A DNA stretch of 64,000 nucleotides, taken from the IMG/VR virus record IMGVR_UViG_3300000980_000024, one strand, 5' to 3'. Source of the stretch: a virus. The notes below the pieces were generated by a model, which ran no database searches, was not told the origin of the DNA, and worked only from the letters and a program-made list of their open reading frames with translations. Shown here piece by piece: positions 9,596 to 17,130 of this stretch (the stretch's first letter is position 1; the number at the start of each line of letters is the position of its first letter). The translations under genes were made by a program, and so were the position numbers.

Positions 9596-11249
9596 CCCAA
9601 AGAAGCTGACGTTCAAAAGACTAGTCATGGACCTGTCTGATCATCAGCTTGATCAACGAATTAAAAACGCCGACCACAAACTATTCATTGACAGTTTTGC
9701 TGGCGGTGGTGGTGCAAGTGAAGGTGCTGAATGGGCAATCAATAGACCTGTTGACATTGCAATTAACCACAACAAACGTGCTATTGCTATGCACAAACGT
9801 AACCACCCATACACTAGACACTACAATGAGAATGTGTGGGACGTTGACCCAATCAAAGCAACGTTTGGTAAACATGTTGGTGGTATGTGGTTCAGTCCTG
9901 ACTGCCGACACTTTAGTAAAGCTAAAGGTAGCGCACCCGTATCGTCAAGTGTACGTGGTCTTGCTTGGATTGCGTTACGGTGGGCCGGTCTTAAACGACC
10001 CGATGTTATCTGGCTTGAGAATGTCGAAGAGTTTAAAACGTGGGGGCCTGTTAAGTCACGCAACACTAAGAAGATAGATCCTAATCGTAAAGGTGAGACG
10101 TTTAACAAATGGTTACAACAACTTAAAGATTTAGGGTACGAAGTTGAACATCGTATTCAATCATGTGATCGATGGGGTGTACCGACATCACGCAAACGTT
10201 TCTTCTTAGTCGCACGTTGTGATGGTAAACCTATTGTGTGGCCAGAGGATACGCATGGTGACGAAGAAGGGTTAAAACCTAGACTCAGTGCTGCTGAGCA
10301 TGTGATCGACTGGTCACTTGATTGCCCTTCAATATTTGAACGCAAGAAAGAATTAGCAGTTAATACTCAGCGGCGTATAGCTAAAGGGTTGGAAAAATTT
10401 GTATTCAATAAAGCCGAACCTTTTATAGTAACGACTAACCATTCCGGTAGTAATCGATTTAGAGGGCAGAGTATAAACGAACCACTGACAACCCGAACTA
10501 AAAAGAACGGTGAGGGTTTAGTCACACCTATCATTACTCGACTTGGTCAAACTAAATGGAACGGTGACAACTCAGCGTATGATATTAAAAAGCCTATCAC
10601 CACCATCACACGTAAAAACGAACATTGTTTAGTTGCTCCGATACTAGAGCGCTCGTTTAGTGCAAGTGAAGGTGCTGACATTGGGCAACCTGTCCAGACG
10701 TTAACCACTAAGAACAAGACAGCGTTAGTTACTGCATTCTTAGATCAACATAAGTTTAAAACCAGTCACCTAGTTAAGATGAGGGGTACTAATCTTGGTA
10801 ATGATATGCGTGAACCACTGGCTACAATCAGTTCAGGTGGTACTCATCATGCTGAGGATCGTGGTATTCTCGAAAAAGATGATGACACAGTGTACCCAAA
10901 TGAAGAGGCGTGTACTGCGTTCTTGACTAAGTACTACGGTGCACCTACTGAGGGCGGTCACTCAGTTGATAACCCAATCGGCACACTGACAAGTAAAGGT
11001 CGGTTTGGTTTAGTCATGGTTCATGGTGTACCGCATAAAATCGTAGACATCTGCATGAGAATGTTACAACCTCATGAGTTATACGCAGCACATGGGTTTC
11101 ATGACACGTACATTATTGACGAAGATGTTAACTTTAAAAAATTCACCAAGGCAGATCAGACAGCAATGGTTGGTAACAGTGTACCACCTCGAATGGCTTA
11201 CCTTTTAATTAAAGAAAACTTAGGAGTTGTTAATCATGAAAGAGTATAG
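9534..11249 (+). CDS. DNA (cytosine-5) methyltransferase
   Basis: FAGGGG (I), SPDC (IV), ENV (VI), RKR (VIII), GNSV (X); ATG 9534 follows GAGGAG. Confidence 0.92.
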   Translation: MLQTQHNAHLLVTASPKVIPNPKKLTFKRLVMDLSDHQLDQRIKNADHKLFIDSFAGGGGASEGAEWAINRPVDIAINHNKRAIAMHKRNHPYTRHYNENVWDVDPIKATFGKHVGGMWFSPDCRHFSKAKGSAPVSSSVRGLAWIALRWAGLKRPDVIWLENVEEFKTWGPVKSRNTKKIDPNRKGETFNKWLQQLKDLGYEVEHRIQSCDRWGVPTSRKRFFLVARCDGKPIVWPEDTHGDEEGLKPRLSAAEHVIDWSLDCPSIFERKKELAVNTQRRIAKGLEKFVFNKAEPFIVTTNHSGSNRFRGQSINEPLTTRTKKNGEGLVTPIITRLGQTKWNGDNSAYDIKKPITTITRKNEHCLVAPILERSFSASEGADIGQPVQTLTTKNKTALVTAFLDQHKFKTSHLVKMRGTNLGNDMREPLATISSGGTHHAEDRGILEKDDDTVYPNEEACTAFLTKYYGAPTEGGHSVDNPIGTLTSKGRFGLVMVHGVPHKIVDICMRMLQPHELYAAHGFHDTYIIDEDVNFKKFTKADQTAMVGNSVPPRMAYLLIKENLGVVNHERV

Positions 11250-11415
11250 AGTAACTTGGGAAATTGATATTACTGCTGACACACCAGAAAATGCAGCACG
11301 TCAGGCACTAGCTATTCAACGTGATGTTAATTCAAGAGCTACTAACTTTAATGTTAGAGATGAGGTTGGTACTAACGGTGTCGATATAGATATGGAGCAA
11401 GTTAATGATAACTGA
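11236..11415 (+). CDS. hypothetical protein (YRVTWEIDI)
   Basis: AGGAG RBS before ATG 11236. Confidence 0.6.
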   Translation: MKEYRVTWEIDITADTPENAARQALAIQRDVNSRATNFNVRDEVGTNGVDIDMEQVNDN

Positions 11416-11578
11416 TCAAACAAATACACAACTTAAAGTATTGAAAGCATCACATCAAGCAGCTTTTGATCACTATGAAATTTCACCAGGTTCTAAATTT
11501 ATCGGTGCACCGTATCAGAAACTAAACGGTCACGGAACATGGTATCAATTAATGAGCACACCAGTTAAGGAGAATTAA
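11405..11578 (+). CDS. small hypothetical protein (57 aa)
   Basis: Read by hand; fills the gap, GGAG RBS upstream. Confidence 0.5.
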   Translation: MITDQTNTQLKVLKASHQAAFDHYEISPGSKFIGAPYQKLNGHGTWYQLMSTPVKEN

Positions 11579-11579
11579 A

Positions 11580-11876
11580 ATGTTAGTACTATCAAGACGT
11601 GTAAAAGAAAAAGTTAAAATTGGTAATGTGTTTATGACTGTGCTATCAATCAATCAGAAAAGACAAGTCGCTAAGGTTTCGTTTAAATATCCAGACGGTG
11701 ACAGTGAAACGTATCAACTGACTGATTACTTACCGTATGTAAACATTGAAGTTGATCAAGCAAAAATATGTAGAGTGGAAATGATCAACGTTCCGGGTAA
11801 TCAAGTGCGATTAGGTTTCGATGCGCCTAAAGATGTGAACATTGACCGTACTGAAATTATGGGGAGAACAAAATGA
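11580..11876 (+). CDS. csrA: CsrA/RsmA-family RNA-binding protein with internal insertion
   Basis: MLVLSRRVKEKVKIG ... GNQVRLGFDAPKDVNIDRTEI. Confidence 0.85.
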   Translation: MLVLSRRVKEKVKIGNVFMTVLSINQKRQVAKVSFKYPDGDSETYQLTDYLPYVNIEVDQAKICRVEMINVPGNQVRLGFDAPKDVNIDRTEIMGRTK

Positions 11877-12265
11877 AAGTAGTATTTTATTCAATTAGGA
11901 AAACAGGCGAAGATTTTTATCAATCGTTTAGTAATGAGACAACCGCAAAAGAACGGTTTAACCAATTAAAAAATGACATATCTGTCAGTTACTATGGTAT
12001 GGGAGACATAACCCATGCATCCGAACCACACTGGGTTGATAAAAAAGAAGCTAAATCTGAGGCAACCGACGAGGACAAAATGCGTTGGTTGTTTAAGCAG
12101 GTACACGGTGAACCAACAAACTGTCGGTTGGACATAGAAGAAGTCGATGATCGTGACAAGGACATGACTTATATTGCGCGTGTAATGAAAGGTAATGACC
12201 TGTGTTGGTCACGAACAATGGAAGAATTAACATTTGAATATCTAACACGAAACGTGGAGGGTTGA
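11873..12265 (+). CDS. hypothetical protein
   Basis: 130-aa ORF, coupled. Confidence 0.65.
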   Translation: MKVVFYSIRKTGEDFYQSFSNETTAKERFNQLKNDISVSYYGMGDITHASEPHWVDKKEAKSEATDEDKMRWLFKQVHGEPTNCRLDIEEVDDRDKDMTYIARVMKGNDLCWSRTMEELTFEYLTRNVEG

Positions 12266-12266
12266 G

Positions 12267-12545
12267 ATGATAACAATTGCAGAGTTTTTACTTCTGACCT
12301 TTGTTATATTGGCACCAGTGTTTATGTATCTAGGTGCGTGGTTGTGCGAAAGAAGTTGTAAACCCTTCTACATCGACTTGATCAATGAAGAACTTAAAAC
12401 GTGCACGATGAGTAATGGTAATTACAGACACGTTGGTTTTCAAGAACAAAGCTTATTAAGAATAGCTAAACGACTCAAGGTTGAGAATAGAATTGATCAA
12501 TACACGAGTAACGTCTATCCGTATTTAGAAAAAGGCGGTCAATGA
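12267..12545 (+). CDS. membrane-anchored hypothetical protein
   Basis: N-terminal hydrophobic helix; GGAGG RBS. Confidence 0.6.
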   Translation: MITIAEFLLLTFVILAPVFMYLGAWLCERSCKPFYIDLINEELKTCTMSNGNYRHVGFQEQSLLRIAKRLKVENRIDQYTSNVYPYLEKGGQ

Positions 12546-12925
12546 TGCATGCGAAACTAACTAACAAAGGTAAGTTCGATATAGAAATTGCACCCGAGGT
12601 TGTACTGAAAAGTTTGTCATTGTTTGAGTTTTCGGCTGTGATCACAGCTTTAGCTGAGCACACTGAGCATGATAAGACTAGATACCTTGACGCAATACCG
12701 ATGAATTACACCAGCGAAACGGTATCAGTACACAATGATGAGATGCCTCACGGTACAACACCAGACTTCTTTGACTTCATGGTTCGAAGTGAGAAGTTAT
12801 CAGAAGAAACAATCTATTTTGAAATAGAATACATCCCAAATGAATTAAGCAACGAGATCGATGATATTATATCGAAAGCTTTCAAACTAACGGAGGAAAC
12901 TAATGCGGGAAAAACACCTTGTTAA
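12542..12925 (+). CDS. hypothetical protein
   Basis: 127-aa ORF with ATGA overlap. Confidence 0.6.
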   Translation: MMHAKLTNKGKFDIEIAPEVVLKSLSLFEFSAVITALAEHTEHDKTRYLDAIPMNYTSETVSVHNDEMPHGTTPDFFDFMVRSEKLSEETIYFEIEYIPNELSNEIDDIISKAFKLTEETNAGKTPC

Positions 12926-13334
12926 ACTGGCTTATGAGTTAGCAAAAGCTGCCCATGCCGGGCAAAAGTACGGTGATAACGACTACTTTGATTATCATGT
13001 TGTAGGTGTAGCTAGTGCGTTTGATAGTATTGAAGACCAAGACCGTCACATTGTAGCGTTACTGCATGATGTACTGGAAGATACGTCTGTTGATTCACGA
13101 AAAATAAAAAAACTTTTTGGTGCTAAGATTGCAACAGCTGTTATATTTATTACCAAGTATAGTGATGAAACTTATTTTCAATACATTAAAGATTTATTGC
13201 AAAATCAAATAGCAACTGATGTAAAGATTGCAGACATAGAGTTTCATTTAAGGCAACCAACTGTGCGAAGCGAAGATCGCTATAACAAAGCACTCAATAT
13301 ATTAAAGGAAGGAAAACAATGTTTAAGATCATAA
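12903..13334 (+). CDS. HD-domain small alarmone hydrolase-like (RelA/SpoT hydrolase, Mesh1-like)
   Basis: AKAAHAGQ..G..Y..H, ALLHDVLEDT, VKIAD motifs. Confidence 0.85.
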   Translation: MREKHLVKLAYELAKAAHAGQKYGDNDYFDYHVVGVASAFDSIEDQDRHIVALLHDVLEDTSVDSRKIKKLFGAKIATAVIFITKYSDETYFQYIKDLLQNQIATDVKIADIEFHLRQPTVRSEDRYNKALNILKEGKQCLRS

Positions 13335-13675
13335 TAATTAATTTCATACTACTATCACTAACAGCATGTGTGACACTAGGTGAGGGGCCAACTAACAATA
13401 CCGATGACATAATTGTCAATGTAACCACGTTGGCCGAAGTCAATGACGAGTATGGTAAAGCCACATCGTCATTCTTGCTGACATCCGAAGATCAAACTAC
13501 TCAGCTATGGTTCAACTGGACTAATGAATTGATTTTGCCACCAGTAAACGCTGACATAATGTTAGTGTACCGTACAACCAATAGACCCATGCTACAAACT
13601 AATGTTTATCAAACAGTGTTGTTGATCAAAGGTAATGTAGTCGTTAAGAAATATCATGAGGTGTCACAGATATGA
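13319..13675 (+). CDS. predicted lipoprotein
   Basis: MFKIIIINFILLSLTAC lipobox. Confidence 0.7.
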   Translation: MFKIIIINFILLSLTACVTLGEGPTNNTDDIIVNVTTLAEVNDEYGKATSSFLLTSEDQTTQLWFNWTNELILPPVNADIMLVYRTTNRPMLQTNVYQTVLLIKGNVVVKKYHEVSQI

Positions 13676-14079
13676 TTAAGTCACCACCAATAGGTTACAG
13701 AATATCCAGATTGAATGACTCTGTACCAGAGGCACCTAAATATTTTGAATCGTATGAAACTGCGTGTGATTGGAAGACGAGCCAACCCAAAGCATCACAC
13801 AGTCTTTATGCGATAGGTCCGACATACAAACCATTAGATAAAACGTATGACCATAAACCCAAAGTGTTAACACAAGGTGCTGATGTTAGTCGGTATCATA
13901 GGACAAGTGACGAGGCTGGTATGCAAGATCAAGCGTTTCAAGCTGGTCAAGTCCATCGAACATTATCTGACACAGAGTATAAGTTTAAACCAAAGAACTT
14001 CTTCACTAGAATTGCGCTAGGTAGTGTTGCTGTGTTTATTATTTTAAAAATAGCATCGTTGTTTATTGGGGGTGGTTAA
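13672..14079 (+). CDS. hypothetical protein with C-terminal membrane anchor
   Basis: IALGSVAVFIILKIASLFIGG. Confidence 0.6.
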   Translation: MIKSPPIGYRISRLNDSVPEAPKYFESYETACDWKTSQPKASHSLYAIGPTYKPLDKTYDHKPKVLTQGADVSRYHRTSDEAGMQDQAFQAGQVHRTLSDTEYKFKPKNFFTRIALGSVAVFIILKIASLFIGGG

Positions 14080-14463
14080 TGCCTAAAGTTTGGACAAGTG
14101 ACAAGGTTATGTCTGTTGAAATGTCTGAACGTTGCGCCAAATTAATTACGAGAATATTTAAACGGTGCGAAGTAGAAGACCATGGTTACAAAACAAAATG
14201 TTGGGTGTGGACTGGTGCCGATTCAGGAACTGGTCGAGGTGGCGGGTATGGTAGAGTCAAGGTTGATGGTGAAGTATCTGCTGTACACCGTGTAATATGG
14301 GCATGCTTCAATGGTTACCTGTCAAAGAACAGACAGATTGACCACCTATGCAGGAACAGAGCCTGTTGCAGACCTGCCCATCTTGAGTCAGTAACCAACC
14401 AACCAAGAAAACCAACGGCGTAAAAACATAGTGTACAATCAAATAACAAGAGGTAAGCGATGA
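14079..14463 (+). pseudogene. HNH endonuclease, frameshifted near the C-terminus by an extra AACC
   Basis: CWVWTG, GYG, HR, DHLCRNRACCRPAHL; (AACC)3 at 14393-14404; removing one unit gives VTNQENQRRK...* ending in TGA 14461-63, coupled to the next ATG. Confidence 0.75.
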
Positions 14464-14870
14464 GTACAGGTACACCAGAAAAACCAATAAGAATTAAATC
14501 AAAAGATGACGTTGGTGGTTTATTAACTGATTTAAAATTAGCATTGAATCGTGCCGTAATCGATGATTCGGAACCGTGTAATGGATGGTTTTACAGAGGT
14601 AAAGTCAATCAATACTATGATGGTGGGTTTAGAGAAGATCGTCGACTAGTTCGCTTAAAACGCAAAAGTTGCAGCGGATGTAGTGGTTGTGGTTGGATAG
14701 ATGAGTTTATAACTGAAGATTATTGCAGCGACACAACTATTGATTTAAGTTTTGTAGAGCACGGTGGTCTTTACCGATTAACTTTTGAAGGTGGTGGTGC
14801 GTACCACACAGAAGCAGGTATGGAATATGATGCACCAGATATTGTTTTTAATAAAATAGTGGAGAAGTGA
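14460..14870 (+). CDS. hypothetical protein with CSGCSGC metal-binding motif
   Basis: 136-aa ORF, GAGG RBS. Confidence 0.7.
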   Translation: MSTGTPEKPIRIKSKDDVGGLLTDLKLALNRAVIDDSEPCNGWFYRGKVNQYYDGGFREDRRLVRLKRKSCSGCSGCGWIDEFITEDYCSDTTIDLSFVEHGGLYRLTFEGGGAYHTEAGMEYDAPDIVFNKIVEK

Positions 14871-14873
14871 TTG

Positions 14874-15119
14874 ATGATCACAGTTAAAATAACTGAAATA
14901 AAAACAGGTAACTCAGTCAGGGTGTACACCCACGGTATGCCAGTAAATGATTGCGCCGCTAATTTTCTGGTGACTGGCTGCATTAGACCACCGTTACTTA
15001 CTGACTTGGGAAATGGTGTGACTCGAATAACCGAACCAGAACCAATGACAATGTTTGGTTATGATGAACTTGACCATGATGGATTCATACACTACAAAGT
15101 AGAACAGGTAAATAAATAA
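14874..15119 (+). CDS. hypothetical protein
   Basis: About 81-aa ORF, GGAG RBS. Confidence 0.55.
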   Translation: MITVKITEIKTGNSVRVYTHGMPVNDCAANFLVTGCIRPPLLTDLGNGVTRITEPEPMTMFGYDELDHDGFIHYKVEQVNK

Positions 15120-15334
15120 TGAGCGACATAGCAGATCAAGCAACTAAACAAAATCAAATGGAACAAGACTTAATTTTGCAAGCAGCAAAAGAAAGTTCGC
15201 AACAATTTGAAGAAGGTCAGGCGGGTGAATGTGATCACTGTGGTGAGCACTTTGACCGAGTTGTTAAACGAAGTTACGGTAACATGACAGGTATGTTCTG
15301 TGGTCGATGCAGAGATGAGTTGAAATTACCATGA
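15119..15334 (+). CDS. TraR/DksA-family C4 zinc-finger protein
   Basis: N-terminal DIADQA (DxxDxA) followed by CDHC...CGRC; 71 aa, TraR-sized. Confidence 0.8.
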   Translation: MSDIADQATKQNQMEQDLILQAAKESSQQFEEGQAGECDHCGEHFDRVVKRSYGNMTGMFCGRCRDELKLP

Positions 15335-15774
15335 CTATTGATAAATTAAGACCATGCACTAGAACAACTGAATGTTTGAAAAGACCACCAGTTACAGTGA
15401 TGGATCACATGCGTGATGAACTTATTTATTATTGTGGTGGGTGTACGGATGAACTCAGACCGTTTACCCAAGATGAGTTAGACATGAAAGATAATATTAA
15501 AAAACAAGACTTATACTTTGATCTAATTAAACCCGTAATCAATGATGTGGTTCAACTGTTCATTAATATGGAAGGTGATAAACCTGTTGGTCTTGATGTC
15601 AGTGACCCACTACTTGACTCACACAAAGTTCTTTCTCATTTGTCTGATGCGTTGCAGTTAAAAGACAACCCTGACGGGATGTCACACGGCACAGCAATGG
15701 TAGCAAGGGCTATAAAATTTGAGTTGGGTGTGCGAAAAATAAAAGATGAACTAGATAATGATAACGATACATAG
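15331..15774 (+). CDS. hypothetical protein
   Basis: 147-aa ORF with ATGA overlap. Confidence 0.6.
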   Translation: MTIDKLRPCTRTTECLKRPPVTVMDHMRDELIYYCGGCTDELRPFTQDELDMKDNIKKQDLYFDLIKPVINDVVQLFINMEGDKPVGLDVSDPLLDSHKVLSHLSDALQLKDNPDGMSHGTAMVARAIKFELGVRKIKDELDNDNDT

Positions 15775-16039
15775 AAAATTAAATCAGAAGTTCATGGTTC
15801 ATTCCCAAAACATCGCGGCTCAGTCATACTGGGTTGAGTTAACGTATGTTGAACCTGAAAACTGTGAAATTCTAATCACATACCCTAATCGACACGATGC
15901 TTTACTGATGATTAATTCAGGTATAATGATAGAATCAGTTGCGAAAATAAGAGCAGTAGTAATCAGTGATTACGAGGTTGAGTTCTTTATCGACCCGTTA
16001 TCGGACATAGATGTAATTACACAGGAGATGATACATTGA
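15758..16039 (+). CDS. divergent CsrA-like protein
   Basis: MITIHRKLNQKFMV and VEFFIDPLSDIDVITQEM align by eye with both ends of 11580..11876; similar length. Confidence 0.45.
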   Translation: MITIHRKLNQKFMVHSQNIAAQSYWVELTYVEPENCEILITYPNRHDALLMINSGIMIESVAKIRAVVISDYEVEFFIDPLSDIDVITQEMIH

Positions 16040-16503
16040 GTATTGAAGCAGAAAAAATTGACAATAAAGAGTTGACTGAAGAGTTTGCTGAAGAGATTAA
16101 ACCACCTGAGGTTGACCCGTTCCAAGGTTACTCAAGTGTTGACGATTTTATATACGACAGCATGATAGGGTTTTGTCAAATGATATCGATTACATATAAG
16201 AAAGAATTCAACGCTACTGAGTACGAGTCTAACGTATCAGGTAAAGAAGCTGTTGAGCGATGTATCACCAACCTTCAGAAACGGGCTGACGGTGTACCAT
16301 ACATTGACACTACCCCTGAAATGCCGACAATCACTGATCATTACGAACACAACATGATGTTCTTTATGGGTAATGTTATTGAACCCGCCATCCCTAGCGA
16401 GTCAAAACCAGAATCGGAGATTGAACTTTCTAAGCTTTTCATCTCATCACTTGAGAAACTTAAAAATCTTTTCAATGTTGAGATGACAATGAAAAGTCGC
16501 TAG
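16036..16503 (+). CDS. hypothetical acidic protein
   Basis: 155-aa ORF, last of the early + block. Confidence 0.6.
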   Translation: MSIEAEKIDNKELTEEFAEEIKPPEVDPFQGYSSVDDFIYDSMIGFCQMISITYKKEFNATEYESNVSGKEAVERCITNLQKRADGVPYIDTTPEMPTITDHYEHNMMFFMGNVIEPAIPSESKPESEIELSKLFISSLEKLKNLFNVEMTMKSR

Positions 16504-17129
16504 ATGTCCAAGTCGTCTAGGTCGTCGAAGTCAACATTACCAAAGTCATCTGACGACTCCGTGTCTACGACGTTATCAAACTCGCTATCATAAAGGGGTT
16601 CGTCAGATGGTTCTTCGTTACCAATATTATCCCAAGGACCCGCCTCATCAATAGGTGGTACTTCTTTTATCTCTGCTGACTTAGTTACGTTGTCACCAAA
16701 GACATCGTCAAGCTCATCATCACTCAAGCTGTCATTAACTTCTGAATCATCTTCGTCGTTATATAATGCGTCCATCTCGTCATCAAGTGACAGTGCGTCA
16801 TCAAGATCAGAAAAATCATCTTCAATTTCTCCCATATCATCTTGATTAACAATAATTGCACGATTGTCATCACCTGCTTGACGCTTAAACATAGTGTCTA
16901 TGGCGCCATATACATTACGTAACATCTCAGTAAATTCAGGAACCGTATCGTTCTCTATGCAATTTTGAATTGCTTTCAAATGACCGTCTTGAATCGGTCT
17001 AACATTACCCCGTGTGAAGTTTGCTATTTGATTCCGAGTTAATGATTCATCAATTACATTACTGAACATGATCGCAAACTTATCTAGCGACAGGTCACTT
17101 ATATTCTTGAGTAGTTTATACTGGTTCAT
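16500..17129 (-). CDS. putative HTH protein with long acidic C-terminal region
   Basis: N-terminal helical LSLDKFAIMF...LTRNQIANFTRG.VRP; D/E-rich second half ending DFDDLDDLDI. Confidence 0.6.
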   Translation of the reverse strand: MNQYKLLKNISDLSLDKFAIMFSNVIDESLTRNQIANFTRGNVRPIQDGHLKAIQNCIENDTVPEFTEMLRNVYGAIDTMFKRQAGDDNRAIIVNQDDMGEIEDDFSDLDDALSLDDEMDALYNDEDDSEVNDSLSDDELDDVFGDNVTKSAEIKEVPPIDEAGPWDNIGNEEPSDEPLYDSEFDNVVDTESSDDFGNVDFDDLDDLDI

Positions 17130-17130
17130 T

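Noticed and set aside
2938-11249. 5mC -> hydroxymethyl -> glycosyl DNA hypermodification pathway
   Set aside because: A C5-MTase and a GT are present, but I recognised no TET/JBP dioxygenase or dCMP hydroxymethylase.
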